DNA of 64,000 nucleotides from an uncultured Hyphomicrobiales bacterium (lineage in GTDB: Bacteria; Pseudomonadota; Alphaproteobacteria; Rhizobiales; Amorphaceae), in the NCBI GenBank assembly GCA_964547415.1, contig CAZJNX010000002.1, positions 66 to 64,065 of the forward strand, in the 5' to 3' direction. Below are positions 16,499 through 27,414 of this stretch, in pieces. Position numbers and translations under genes: made by a program. The first letter of the stretch is position 1. Each line of letters starts with the position of its first letter. The notes beneath the pieces are model-generated. The model was not told the DNA's origin. It searched no databases and saw nothing but the letters and a program-made list of their open reading frames with translations.

Positions 16499-17467
16499 TC
16501 AAAGGTCGAAGACGGCGACCACGGGCGCATGGAACGACCACGGCCCCTCCCCGGCGAGCGCCACCGTCTCGTCGAGGAGGGCCTCGTTGTGGATCTCGAG
16601 GCCGCGGAAGGCGGCCATCAGCGCGCGGGAGGCGAGAAGGTGGTCGAGCATCACCTTCCGGCCCCGGTGGATCACGGTGAAGCGCCGCCAGTCGGGGACC
16701 GCGTGGTCGAGGAGCGAGAGGGAGCGGGCGGCGAGGCGGGCGTTGCCGGTCTCCTCCGCGGGGGCGGCGACGATCGACAGCGGCGTCTCGTTCGCCTCGG
16801 CGTTGAAGTCCCCCGCGAGGGCGATGAGGGCGTCCGGCTCGGCGTCGAGGACCGCGTCGATGGCAAGGCGGGCCTCGAGGGCCTGGCCGGCCCGCTTGAT
16901 GGCCGACAGGTAGTAGCCCTCCGCCCAGGCCGCGGTGGAGGCCCAGGTGCTGGCCGACGCCTTGCCGCCCGGCACGGGCGAGGCGACGGGGGCCTTGAAG
17001 TGGAGGTCGAGGACATGGAGGGTCCGCCCGCCCCGAAGCGCGATCTCGGCGTGGAGGACGGGGCGGTCGAACGGGACGGGGCGGGGCGCCGCATCCGGCG
17101 GGTCGGCGGCCAGGAAGGGGCGCCGGAGGGCGGGCACCAGGTCGTTGAGGTACTGGCGGTGGGCGCGGATCGGCAGGCGGCTCGCCACCACGAGGTTGTG
17201 CTGCTCGGCCGGCCGGCCCGTCTCCCGCCGGACGCTGGCGGCCAGCGCGTACCGGCCGACGTCCGCCGCCTCGAGGAGCGCCTCGAGGGCCTCGAGGCTT
17301 CGGCCGGAAGCGCCCGGCGCCTTCACCCCGTCCACCTCCTGCAGGCACAGGACGTCCGCGTCGAGCCGGGCGACCTGGGGCCCGAGCACGGCGAGCCGCT
17401 CCCTGAAGAAGGCGGCGTCCGCGAAGCGCCGCCCGAGGTTCTCGAGATTGAACGACCCGATCCGCAT
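16499..17467 (-). CDS. Endonuclease/exonuclease/phosphatase (EEP) family protein
   Basis: ATG 17467. The sequence MRIGSFNLENL...DVLCLQEV...LAGDFNAE...LDHLLAS shows the EEP catalytic motif pattern. Confidence 0.8.
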   Translation of the reverse strand: MRIGSFNLENLGRRFADAAFFRERLAVLGPQVARLDADVLCLQEVDGVKAPGASGRSLEALEALLEAADVGRYALAASVRRETGRPAEQHNLVVASRLPIRAHRQYLNDLVPALRRPFLAADPPDAAPRPVPFDRPVLHAEIALRGGRTLHVLDLHFKAPVASPVPGGKASASTWASTAAWAEGYYLSAIKRAGQALEARLAIDAVLDAEPDALIALAGDFNAEANETPLSIVAAPAEETGNARLAARSLSLLDHAVPDWRRFTVIHRGRKVMLDHLLASRALMAAFRGLEIHNEALLDETVALAGEGPWSFHAPVVAVFDL

Positions 17468-17877
17468 GGCCCCGCCCCCGGCCTTCCCACGACGGCGGGC
17501 CCGGCCCTTCCCTGTCGCCGGAGCGACGGACGGAACGGCGGGCAGGCGCTCGATCAACCGCCGCCCGGCCGGCCCCGGAGCTCCTCTCCCCCGTCATCGG
17601 GCCCCGGCCCGCCGAGCCTTGTCAACGCCCTTGCGGACGGGACGGGCCGGACCGCGGCCGTCGCCCGGCGACCGCCTCCGCGAGATCAAGTCCGGTGGAC
17701 ATCAAAACGGCCGACATTCCGCCGCGGCCGACCCTTTCGGGAGTGCCCCGGGCGCGGGCCGGGTCGAGGCCTTCGAAGGCGAAAGGCGTGCCTTGACGCG
17801 GCCCCCGCCCGGCGCGAGCGTCCCGTCCGGGACCGGGCCGCACGCCCCCTCCGGCGCGCGGGGCGGGCGCCGCGCCC

Positions 17878-19602
17878 TCAGACGTCGGCGTAGGCGCGCA
17901 CCTCCGCTGCCCCGCCGGGGTGTGTGACGGCCCCGCCACGGGCATCGCTCACCGTCTGGGCGTACTTCCAGATGGCGCCGGAGCGGAAGGTGGTCTCCCG
18001 CGGGGTCCAGGCCTTCTTGCGCTCGGCGAGCTCGGCCTGCGACAGCTCCACCTCGAGGGTGCCCTTCTCCGCGTCGATGGCGATGACGTCGCCATCCTTC
18101 AGGAGCGCGATCGGCCCGCCGACGGCGGCCTCCGGCCCCACGTGGCCGATGCAGAAGCCGCGCGTCGCCCCGGAAAAGCGCCCGTCGGTGATGAGGGCGA
18201 CCTTCGCGCCCATCCCCTGGCCGTAGAGGGCGGCCGTCGTCTGGAGCATCTCGCGCATGCCGGGGCCCCCCTTCGGCCCCTCGTAGCGGATGACGAGGAC
18301 CTCGCCCTCCTCGTAGGCGCGGTTCTTCACCGCCTCGAAGGCGTCCTCCTCGCAGTCGAAGCAGCGGGCGGGGCCGCGGAAGGAGAGCTTCTCCATGCCG
18401 GCCACCTTCACGATCGCCCCGTCGGGCGCGAGGTTGCCGGCAAGGCCGACGACGCCGCCCGTCACGGTGATCGGCTTGTCGGCGGGCATGACGACGTCCT
18501 GCTCGTCGTTCCAGGCGACGCTCTCGAGGTTCTCGGCCATCGTCCGGCCCGTCACGGTCATGCAGTCGCCGTGGAGGTAGCCGTGGTCGAGGAGGGTCTT
18601 CATGAGGAGGGGGATGCCGCCCGCCTCGAACAGGTCCTTGGCGACGTAGCGCCCGCCCGGCTTCAGGTCCGCGATGTACGGCGTGCGGCGGAAGACCTCG
18701 GCGACGTCGAACAGGTCGAACTCGATGCCCGCCTCGTGGGCGATCGCCGGCAGGTGGAGGGCGGCGTTGGTGGACCCGCCCGACGCCGCCACGGTGACGG
18801 CCGCGTTCTCGAGCGCCTTGCGGGTGACGATGTCCCGCGGGCGGATGTTCTGGCGGATGAGGTCCATGACGGCCGAGCCGGCCGAGGCGCAGAAGCGGTC
18901 CCGGATCTCGTAAGGGGCGGGAGCGCCGGCCGAGTAGGGCAGCGCAAGCCCGATCGCCTCGGACACGGTCGCCATGGTGTTGGCGGTGAACTGGGCGCCG
19001 CACGCCCCGGCGGACGGGCAGGCGACCTGCTCGAGCTCCTCGAGGTCCTCGTCGGACATCTCGCCGACGGAGTGCTTGCCGACCGCCTCGAACAGGTCCT
19101 GGATCGTCACCTGCTTGCCGCGGAAGGAGCCGGGCAGAATCGACCCGCCATAGATGAAGATGGACGGCACGTTGAGGCGGACCATCGCCATCATCATGCC
19201 CGGCAGGCTCTTGTCGCAGCCCGCAAGGCCGACGAGGGCGTCGTAGCAGTGGCCGCGCATGGTGAGCTCGACGCTGTCGGCGATCACGTCGCGGGAGACG
19301 AGGGAGGACTTCATCCCCTCGTGGCCCATGGCGATGCCGTCGGTCACCGTGATGGTGCAGAACTCGCGCGGGGTCCCGGCGGAGGCGGCGACGCCCTTCT
19401 TCACCGACTGGGCCTGGCGCATCAGGGCGATGTTGCAGGGCGCGGCCTCGTTCCAGCAGGTCGCCACGCCCACGAGGGGCTGGTGGATCTGCTCCTTCGT
19501 GAGGCCCATGGCATAAAGGTACGACCGGTGGGGCGCGCGGGACGGCCCCTCCGTCACGTGCCGGCTCGGCAGGCGGTCCTTGATGAGGGTGTAGCTCTCC
19601 AT
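17878..19602 (-). CDS. ilvD: Dihydroxy-acid dehydratase (IlvD/Edd family)
   Basis: 574 aa. The sequence ...[19 protein letters not shown]...[11 protein letters not shown]...[17 protein letters not shown]...[12 protein letters not shown]... matches the family. Confidence 0.92.
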   Translation of the reverse strand: MESYTLIKDRLPSRHVTEGPSRAPHRSYLYAMGLTKEQIHQPLVGVATCWNEAAPCNIALMRQAQSVKKGVAASAGTPREFCTITVTDGIAMGHEGMKSSLVSRDVIADSVELTMRGHCYDALVGLAGCDKSLPGMMMAMVRLNVPSIFIYGGSILPGSFRGKQVTIQDLFEAVGKHSVGEMSDEDLEELEQVACPSAGACGAQFTANTMATVSEAIGLALPYSAGAPAPYEIRDRFCASAGSAVMDLIRQNIRPRDIVTRKALENAAVTVAASGGSTNAALHLPAIAHEAGIEFDLFDVAEVFRRTPYIADLKPGGRYVAKDLFEAGGIPLLMKTLLDHGYLHGDCMTVTGRTMAENLESVAWNDEQDVVMPADKPITVTGGVVGLAGNLAPDGAIVKVAGMEKLSFRGPARCFDCEEDAFEAVKNRAYEEGEVLVIRYEGPKGGPGMREMLQTTAALYGQGMGAKVALITDGRFSGATRGFCIGHVGPEAAVGGPIALLKDGDVIAIDAEKGTLEVELSQAELAERKKAWTPRETTFRSGAIWKYAQTVSDARGGAVTHPGGAAEVRAYADV

Positions 19603-19835
19603 GGGTCCTCTCGCGTCGATCGTCGGCGGATCGCGGGCCTTTCCGCGTCCCCGTTATCCTTGGACCCGAACGGCGGGCCGCTCAAGGGGAGCGGCGGGAA
19701 CGGGGCCGCGCCCGGTCCGTTCATCGCACCGGTTGCCGCCCCGGCAAAGGGAGCGAGAGGAATGGCCGAGCACGCCGAGGGGAACCGCGGGGCGCGGCCG
19801 GCGGCCCGCAGCCTGCCGGGGCCGCTCCGGACGCG

Positions 19836-20033
19836 GTGCACGACGACGGGTGGGTTCACCTGTCGGTGGGGATCGCCGGCAATTTCACGTTCTTCGTCGG
19901 AAGCATCTGCTTCCTGCCCACCTTCTCGGGCGCGGTGAAGACGGCGGGGGTGTGGCTGTTCATCGTCGGGAGCTTCCTGATGCTCCTCGGCGCCCTCGGC
20001 AGCCTCGCCGCGAGCCTCCTCGACCGGCGGTGA
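19836..20033 (+). CDS. YrhK-like small two-TM membrane protein
   Basis: VHLSVGIAGNFTFFVGSICFLP...GVWLFIVGSFLMLLGALG. The GTG start at 19836 has a poor Shine-Dalgarno. A much better SD+ATG sits at 19762 in another frame, so a 5' frameshift is possible. Confidence 0.55.
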   Translation: MHDDGWVHLSVGIAGNFTFFVGSICFLPTFSGAVKTAGVWLFIVGSFLMLLGALGSLAASLLDRR

Positions 20034-20045
20034 CGGGCGGGGGCC

Positions 20046-20732
20046 TCAGGGTGTCCGCCGCCTGCCCTCTCGCAGGAGGAGAAGGGACAGCCCGCCCACG
20101 AAGCCGAGAAGCAGGAGCGCGATGAAGCGCTCGTAGAGCCCGTCCCAGGCCGTCGGCATGATCACGAAGGGCGGGGCGAGCACCAGCCAGCCGAGGGCGA
20201 AGCCCGCACCCAGCCGGTGGGGCCACGTGCCGAGGGTGGCGAGGCCGCGCAGGAGCAGGAGCGGCGCGGCGAGGAAGAGGGCCGCCATCGCGTAGACGAG
20301 CTCGGCGTGGATGACGATGCCGCCCGGCTCCCGGTCCCCGTACTCGCCGTGGACCGCCATCACCGCGATGACGACGCCCGAGACGGCGAGCGCGATGCAG
20401 CCGAGCCGCCACAGGACGCCCCGCCGCTCGCTCTCCTCCGCCAGGCGCCACAGCCCCCAGGCGACCGCGAACAGGCCGATGGCGAAGGCGTAGAGGCCGG
20501 CATCGGCGATCCAGGCCTGCCGACCCGCCGCAAGGTCGCTGATGGTCTCCCGCTTCGGGTTGAAGTGGGGGTGGACGAGGATGCCCACCCCGTCGGCGAT
20601 GAGCGCCGCGAGGCACCCACCGGCCCCGATCGCGCCGGGGAGCCGCAGGGAAAGCCGCCCCCGTGCGCCCTCCTCGCCGGGGGTGTGTTCGCCCGCCGGC
20701 CGTGCGTTGCCCCCTGCCATGGTCCGCGACAT
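20046..20732 (-). CDS. DUF998-like polytopic membrane protein
   Basis: 228 aa with about 6 hydrophobic helices (LAALIADGVGILV..., AGLYAFAIGLFAVAWGLW..., CIALAVSGVVIAVMAV...). Family assignment is from memory. Confidence 0.7.
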   Translation of the reverse strand: MSRTMAGGNARPAGEHTPGEEGARGRLSLRLPGAIGAGGCLAALIADGVGILVHPHFNPKRETISDLAAGRQAWIADAGLYAFAIGLFAVAWGLWRLAEESERRGVLWRLGCIALAVSGVVIAVMAVHGEYGDREPGGIVIHAELVYAMAALFLAAPLLLLRGLATLGTWPHRLGAGFALGWLVLAPPFVIMPTAWDGLYERFIALLLLGFVGGLSLLLLREGRRRTP

Positions 20733-20858
20733 CCTCGCTCACCTGCCGTGCCTCGCCATGGGTACGCGGCGGCCGTCGGGGCGTTCCACCCGCGGTCGAT
20801 CGCGTGCCGGCGTGTTCGCCGGTGGGCGGGGTCGGCGCGCGGCGGCGGTGTGGGCCGG

Positions 20859-21350
20859 TCAGCCCTCGACCGCCTCGAGGCGCAGCCGCGAGACCCCCGC
20901 GGCGAGGTTCACCCCCGTCTGGGTGCCGAGGCTGACCGGGTTGAGCACGAAGGACCGGTTGAAGCCGCCGACGAGGGCGTTGGCGCCGACGCCCACCCCC
21001 GCCGTCACCTGGGCGCTGGCGCCCGTGTAGCGGCCGGCGAGGGCGCCCGGCCCCACGTCGCTCGTGGGCGCGAGCACCCGCCAGACCATCCGCGCCCCGC
21101 TGGTGGCGCCGACGTCGAGGCCGACGATGGTCATGGTGCCCCGGTAGCGCTCCGGCGGGCGGTTCGAGACGTGGCGGAAGGTGCAGGTGAGGCTCGTGGA
21201 CGAGCCGACGATGAAGCCGGCGCGGCCGGCGACGTCGCACTCGAGGGTGCCGACGCGGGCGCCCCCTTGCGCGGCCGCCGGGTCGGGCGCGGCGAGCGGG
21301 GCGAGTGCCGCGAGGAAGGCGAGGGCGGCGGTGCGGACGAATTGACGCAT
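20859..21350 (-). CDS. DUF992-family secreted protein
   Basis: ATG 21350. MRQFVRTAALAFLAALAPLAAPDPAAA is a signal peptide. It is followed by GTLECDVAGRAGFIVGSSTSLTCTF... Confidence 0.75.
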   Translation of the reverse strand: MRQFVRTAALAFLAALAPLAAPDPAAAQGGARVGTLECDVAGRAGFIVGSSTSLTCTFRHVSNRPPERYRGTMTIVGLDVGATSGARMVWRVLAPTSDVGPGALAGRYTGASAQVTAGVGVGANALVGGFNRSFVLNPVSLGTQTGVNLAAGVSRLRLEAVEG

Positions 21351-21603
21351 CGGACAGGGGCTCCGGCCGGGGTTCGGGGGCGGCGCCCGCGGAAGGGCGG
21401 CCCGTCGCTCCCTCCTCCGCCCGCTCGCCGCGCGGCGCAAGACGGTCCGCCCCCGCCCTTTGCGGCCTCGCCCGCCAGCGGGACGCCCTGCAAAGCCCGG
21501 CCGCTTTCCCTCCGGGCCCCGCCGGGGCATCGGTGGCGGCGTCCGGGGTGCGCGGCCCCGCCGACGGCATCCGCGCCCGTTCGCCCGCCCGCCGGAGAGA
21601 CCG

Positions 21604-22722
21604 ATGAGACGTCCCGCCCTCGCGCTCGTACCACTCGCCCTCGGCGGTCTCCTGCTCGCCGGATGCAACGAACCCGCCGAGGAGGTGGTGGAGGCGCCCC
21701 GTCCGGTGCGCGTGGCGGCCGTGGCGGAGCGGCCGGCGGGACGGGAGGTGTCCCTGTCGGGCACGGTCGCGGCGCAGGAGGAGGTGGACCTCGCCTTCCG
21801 CATCGGCGGGCGGCTCATGGAACGGCCGGTCACGGTGGGCGACCGCGTGGGCGCGGGCGACCTCGTCGGCCGGCTCGATTCGGAGGACGAGGAGAACGCC
21901 GTCCGGGCCGCCGAGGCCGCGCTGACGGCCGCGGAGGCCCAGCTCTACGAGGCGGCGGCCAACTACGACCGCCAGGCCCAGCTCCTCGAGCGTGGCTTCA
22001 CCACGCGGCGCAACTACGACAACGCCAACCAGCTGCGCCGATCGGCCGAATCCGCCGTCGACGCCGCCCGCGCCCAGCTCGAGATCGCCCGCAACCGCCT
22101 CGCCGACACGGTGCTCAACGCCGACGCGCCCGGCAGCGTCATCGCCCGCGGCGCCGAGGTCGGAGAGGTCGTCCAGGCCGGGCGCATGATCGTGCGGCTC
22201 GCCCGCGAGGGCGGCCGCGACGCCGTCTTCGACGTGCCCGCGGACCTCAAGGACCTCGTCGCCCGGGACGCGGAGATCGCCGTCGCGCTCACCATGAACC
22301 CGCGGGTGAGCGCGCGCGGGCGCATCCGCGAGGTGTCGCCCCAGGCCGACCCCGTCACCGGCACCTTCCGCGTGCGCGTCGGCCTCATCGAGCCGCCGCC
22401 CGAGATGCGGCTCGGCTCGACCGTCACCGGGCGCACGACCGTCGCGGGCGGCGGCGGCATCGTGGTGCCCGCCCCCGCGCTCACCCGCGCGGACGGCCGG
22501 CCCGCGGTGTGGATCGTCGACCCGCAGAGCGAGACGGTCGCCCTGCGCGCGATCGAGATCGGCGAGCACGAGCCGACCGGCGTCCTCGTCACCAGCGGCC
22601 TGCGCGAGGGAGAGATCGTCGTGACGGCCGGCGTGCAGGCGCTGAGGCCCGGCCAGCGGGTCCGCTTCCTCGGCGGCGACCTGCCCCCGGCCGGGGCTGG
22701 CGGGCAAGGGGTCGGCGGATGA
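21604..22722 (+). CDS. Efflux RND transporter periplasmic adaptor subunit (lipoprotein)
   Basis: MRRPALALVPLALGGLLLAG|C is a lipobox. The protein has coiled-coil and barrel-sandwich segments. The stop overlaps the permease start (ATGA at 22719-22722). Confidence 0.9.
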   Translation: MRRPALALVPLALGGLLLAGCNEPAEEVVEAPRPVRVAAVAERPAGREVSLSGTVAAQEEVDLAFRIGGRLMERPVTVGDRVGAGDLVGRLDSEDEENAVRAAEAALTAAEAQLYEAAANYDRQAQLLERGFTTRRNYDNANQLRRSAESAVDAARAQLEIARNRLADTVLNADAPGSVIARGAEVGEVVQAGRMIVRLAREGGRDAVFDVPADLKDLVARDAEIAVALTMNPRVSARGRIREVSPQADPVTGTFRVRVGLIEPPPEMRLGSTVTGRTTVAGGGGIVVPAPALTRADGRPAVWIVDPQSETVALRAIEIGEHEPTGVLVTSGLREGEIVVTAGVQALRPGQRVRFLGGDLPPAGAGGQGVGG

Positions 22723-25700
22723 TCGGGCCGAACCTGTCCGCCTGGGCGATCCGCAGCCGCCAGCTCACGATCTACCTGATGATCGTCGCGGTGGTGGCGG
22801 GCGCCTTCGCCTTCCTGAGCCTCGGGCGCGACGAGGACCCGTCCTTCACCATCAAGACGATGCTCGTCACCGCCGTGTGGCCGGGCGCCACCATGGACGA
22901 GACCCTCGACCAGGTGACGGACCGCCTCGAGCGCACGCTCCAGGAGGTGCCGGGCCTCGACGCCCTGCGCTCCATCACGCGGCCGGGCATCGTGACGATC
23001 TACGTCGACCTCGACGGCGGCTGGCCGCCCGAGGCGGTGCCCGATTCCTGGTACGAGGTCCGAAAGCGCGTCGGCGACATCCGCCACACCCTGCCGCAAG
23101 GCGTGCGCGGCCCCTTCTTCAACGACGACTTCGGCGACGTCTTCGGCATCCTCTACGGCTTCACGGCCGACGGCTTCACCTTCCGCGAGCTGCGCGACGC
23201 GGTCGACGGGGTGCGCGACCAGCTCCTCGCGGAGGTGCCGGGGATCGCCAAGATCGAGTTCATCGGCGCCCAGAACGAGGAGATCTTCGTCGAGCTCGAC
23301 CCGGAGCGGGTGGCCGCCCTCGGCCTCGACTACACGCAGATCTTCGCCACCATCGCGGCCCAGAACGCGGTGCGCCCCGCGGGCACCCTCACGACCGGGC
23401 TCGAGAACCTGTCGCTCCGGGTGTCGGGCGCGTTCGAGACCGAGGCGGACGTCGCGGACGTGACCTTGCGCGCGGGCGGGCGCACCATCCGCCTCGGCGA
23501 CATCGCCGAGGTCCGCCGCGGCTTCGCCGACCCGCCCGCCCCGCTCTACCGGGTCAACGGCGAGCGCGCGATCGGGCTCGCCGTCTCCATGCGCGAGGGC
23601 GGCGACGTCCTGGAGCTCGGCCGGAACGTCGAGCGGGCGATGGCCGAGATCACCGCGGAGCTGCCCGTCGGGATCGAGCCGTTCCTCGTCTCCGACCAGC
23701 CCGCCGTCGTCACCACCGCGATCGGCGACTTCACGACCTCGCTCTACCAGGCGGTCGTCATCATCCTCGCCGTGTCGTTCCTCACCCTCGGCGTCCGGCC
23801 CGGGGCGGTGGTGGCGATCGCGATTCCCGTCACGCTCGCGGCCGTCTTCCTCGTCATGCAGACGATGGGGATCGACCTCCACCGCGTGTCGCTGGGCGCC
23901 CTCATCATCGCGCTCGCCCTCCTCGTCGACGACGCGATGACGACGGTGGACGCCATGCTGCGCCGCCTCCAGGCGGGCGAGACCATTGACAAGGCCGCCA
24001 CCTTCGCCTACCGCACCCCCGCCGCGCCGATGCTGACGGGCACGCTCATCACCATCGCGGGCTTCGTGCCCATCGGCTTCGCGGAAAGCTAGGCGAGCGA
24101 GTACACGATCTCGCTCTTCGTCGTGGTGGCGATCGCCCTCATCACGAGCTGGTTCGTGGCGGTGCTGTTCACCCCGATCATCGGCTCGGTGCTCCTGAAG
24201 CGCCCGAAGGGCGGGGCCGAGGACAGGCCCGGCGCGATCCTCAGGGTCTACGGCCGGGTCCTGCGCCTTGCGATCGCCGCGCGCTGGCTGACGATCGGGG
24301 TCACCGCGGTCCTGTTCGTCGCCGCCCTCCTCGGCCTTGCCCGGGTCGACCGGCAGTTCTTCCCGCCGTCCGATCGCAACGAGCTGATCGTCGATTTCCA
24401 GCTGCCGCGGGCCTCCCCCATCTTCGCGAGCGAGGCGGCGATCGAGCGGGTCGAGGACTGGCTCGCCGAAAGCCCCGACGTCGACTTCTTCTCGTCCTAC
24501 GTCGGGCGGAACGTCATCCGCTTCTACCTGCCGCTCGCGATCCAGCCGCCCGCCCCTCACCATTCGCAGATCGTGGTGATGGCGAGGGATCTCGAGGCGC
24601 GCGCGCGCCTAGAGGAGGACCTGCCCGCCTTCCTCGAGGAGACGTTCCCGCAGGCGATCAGCCGCGTCGCCCCGCTCGAGATGGGCCCGCCCATCGGCTG
24701 GCCGGTGCAGTACCGGATCTCCGGGCCCGACATCGAGCGGCTCAGGAGCGAGGCGCTCGGCCTCGCGGAGGTCGTCGCCTCCCACCCGGGCGCGCGGCGG
24801 GTCCATTTCGACTGGATCGAGCCGGCGCGGGAGGTCGAGGTCGTGATCGACCAGGACCAGGCCCGGCGGCTCGGCATCACCAGCGACCGCCTCGCCGCGG
24901 TCCTCCAGACCGCCGTCACCGGCACGCCCATCACGCAGCTCCGGGACGACATCTACCTCGTCCCCGTCACCGGCCGGGCGAGCGACGGGCGCGTGACGCT
25001 CGACACGCTGAGGACCCTCCAGGTGCCGGTGCCGGGCGGGCGCACGGTGGCGCTCAGCCAGTTCGCCGCCTTCGTTCCCTCCCAGGAGCAGCCGATCGTC
25101 TGGCGGCGGGACCGGGTGCCGACGCTCACCGTGCTCGCCGACGTCGCCCCGGGCACCACGCCGGAGGCGGTGGTCGCCGACATCGCGGACGGGATCGCCG
25201 CCTTCGACGCGGGTCTTCCGGCGGGCTACCGGGTGGAGACCGGCGGCACGGTGGAGACCAGCGAGGAGAGCCGGGAGTCGGTCTTCGCCGTCATCCCGCT
25301 GATGATCTTCATCATGCTCACCCTGCTGATGGTCCAGCTGCAGAGCTTCAAGAAGATGGCGATCGTCGTCGTCCTCCTGCCGCTCGGGCTGATCGGGGTG
25401 GTGGCCGCGCTCGCCGTCTTCGACCGGCCGCTCGGGTTCGTGGCGATCCTCGGGATCCTCGCCCTCATCGGCATGATCGCCAAGAACGGGGTGATCCTCA
25501 TCACCCAGATCGCCGAGGAGGAGGGGCGCGGCCTCGATCCGCGGGAGGCGGCCGTCACCGCCGCGACGGCCCGCCTCAGGCCGCTCATGCTGACGGCCCT
25601 GTCCACCATCCTGGGGCTGCTGCCGATCGCGCCGACCCTCTTCTGGGGGCCGATGGCCTTCGCCATCATGGGCGGCCTCCTGGTGGCGACGCTGCTCACC

Positions 25701-25829
25701 CTCATCGTCCTGCCGACGCTCTACGTGACGTTCTCCGGCCGGGTGCGGCCACCGCGCCCGGCCGCCCCGGCCCCGGGCACCGCGCCCGCCGACGGGGAAG
25801 GCGCCCGCCCGGCCGAGCCCGTCGCCTGA
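22719..25829 (+). pseudogene. RND (AcrB/HAE1-type) efflux permease interrupted by one in-frame TAG at 24090-24092
   Basis: A single frame runs from ATG 22719 to TGA 25829 and encodes a full-length permease of about 1036 codons. It is broken only at ...GFVPIGFAES[TAG]ASEYTISLFVVVAIALITSWFVAVLFTP... The ORF track therefore shows two ORFs in the same frame (ending 24092, restarting 24123). Confidence 0.85.
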
Positions 25830-25838
25830 CGGCCGGCC

Positions 25839-25862
25839 GGGCGCGGGCGCGCCGCCGCGCCC
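25839..25862 (+). terminator. GC-rich hairpin just after the RND permease stop (terminator-like, no U-tract)
   Basis: GGGCGCGG-gcgcgccg-CCGCGCCC forms an 8-bp perfect stem, 10 nt after the stop. Confidence 0.3.
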
Positions 25863-25948
25863 GATGACGAATCCGTAACTGGCGGAGGCGCCGCCGCTAC
25901 CCTACTTGCGGGATCACGCCGATCCTGAAACGCTGGAGATTCCCTTCC

Positions 25949-27304
25949 ATGCGCGCAAAGGCGCTGATCCTGACGGCATTCATGGCACTCGCAGCACCCG
26001 TGGCAGACGCCAAACCCGAGCTCACCGGCATCGAGATCGCCCCGGAGGCGACCGCCTTCACCCTCGACAATGGCCTCGAGGTGGTGGTCATCCCGGACCA
26101 CCGGGCGCCCATCGTCACCCACATGATCTGGTACCGCGTGGGCGCGGCCGACGAGCCGCCGGGCAAGTCCGGCATCGCCCACTACCTCGAGCACCTGATG
26201 TTCAAGGGCACGGAGGCGAACCCGGACGGCGCGTTCTCCGACTACGTCGCCTCCGTCGGCGGCCGGGAGAACGCCTTCACCTCGAGCGACTACACGGGCT
26301 ACTTCCAGCAGGTCGCCAAGGAGCACCTCGGCGACATGATGCGCCTCGAGGCCGACCGCATGACGGGCCTCGCCCTCACGCCCGAGGTCTCCGCGCCCGA
26401 GCTCGACGTGGTGCTCGAGGAGCGCCGCATGCGCGTCGACAACGACCCGTCCTCCCAGCTCGGCGAGTCCCTCGACGCGGCGCTGTTCGTCCAGCACCCC
26501 TACGGCAACCCGGTGATCGGCTGGGAGCACGAGGTGTCCGCCCTCACCCACGAGGACGCCCTCGACTTCTACCGCGCCAACTACCGGCCGGGGAACGCGG
26601 TCCTCGTCGTCGCGGGCGACGTGACGCCGGCCGAGGTCCGCGCGCTGGCGGAGGCGACGTACGGCACCGTTCCGGACCCGCTCGGCGCCTCCGAGCGGCG
26701 CCGGCCCCAGGCGCCGGACATCCTCGGCAAGCGCACGGTGGAGCTCGCCGACGAGCGGGTGAACCAGCCGAGCGTGCGCCGCGCCTGGCTGGTCCCGAGC
26801 TACACCACCGCCGAGCCCGGCATCGCCGAAGCCCTCGACGTCCTCGCCCAGGTCCTCGGCGGCGGCTCCACCGGCCGCCTCTACGCCGAGCTCGTGCGCG
26901 GCGACGGCCCGGCGGCGGCGGCCGGTGCCTGGTACCAGTCCTCCGGCCTCGACGATACGCGCTTCATGACGTGGGGCGTGCCGAAGGACGGGCACACCCT
27001 CGCCGAGCTGGAAGAGGGCTTCGAGCGGGTGATCGGCGACATCGCCGGGAACGGCGTCAGCCAGGAGGAGCTGGAGCGGGCGAAGACCGCCCTCGTGTCC
27101 TCGGCCGTCTTCGCCCAGGACAGCCAGTCCTCGCTCGCGCGGATCTTCGGCGTCGCCCTCACCACCGGCGGGACGGTGGAGGACGTCCAGTCCTGGCCGT
27201 CCCGGATCGCGGAGGTGACCGCGCGGGACGTCCAGGCGGCCGCCGCCACCTTCCTCGACCGGAACCGGTCGGTGACGGGCCGCCTCCTGAAGCCCGCGTC
27301 CTGA
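25949..27304 (+). CDS. M16-family zinc peptidase (pitrilysin-like, active subunit)
   Basis: It has a signal peptide, the HxxEH motif (GIAHYLEHLMFKG) and downstream ENAFTS.... Confidence 0.9.
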   Translation: MRAKALILTAFMALAAPVADAKPELTGIEIAPEATAFTLDNGLEVVVIPDHRAPIVTHMIWYRVGAADEPPGKSGIAHYLEHLMFKGTEANPDGAFSDYVASVGGRENAFTSSDYTGYFQQVAKEHLGDMMRLEADRMTGLALTPEVSAPELDVVLEERRMRVDNDPSSQLGESLDAALFVQHPYGNPVIGWEHEVSALTHEDALDFYRANYRPGNAVLVVAGDVTPAEVRALAEATYGTVPDPLGASERRRPQAPDILGKRTVELADERVNQPSVRRAWLVPSYTTAEPGIAEALDVLAQVLGGGSTGRLYAELVRGDGPAAAAGAWYQSSGLDDTRFMTWGVPKDGHTLAELEEGFERVIGDIAGNGVSQEELERAKTALVSSAVFAQDSQSSLARIFGVALTTGGTVEDVQSWPSRIAEVTARDVQAAAATFLDRNRSVTGRLLKPAS

Positions 27305-27414
27305 CGACGGCGGGTGGCCGCGCGGCGCGGGCCCTTTCCGCGCCGCAGTCCCTTTCCCGTCCGGCCTCCGTGAAACCCGCGCCGCGAGCGGCGCCGACCG
27401 ACGACGAGACAGCC

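Noticed and set aside
14332-16530. A 732-aa fusion ORF spanning the esterase and PRTase regions.
   Set aside because: Only the C-terminal 456 aa (from ATG 15702) are esterase-like. The upstream 276 aa are Arg/Gly/Pro-rich and overlap the PRTase gene, which is read convincingly in a different frame (15699-16367).
21604-25829. The adaptor + permease pair as the secretion system for the two RTX proteins.
   Set aside because: The permease is an AcrB-type RND protein, not an ABC exporter. The adaptor carries an RND-type lipoprotein signature. Type I secretion needs an ABC/MFP/OMP set, and none is present in the window.
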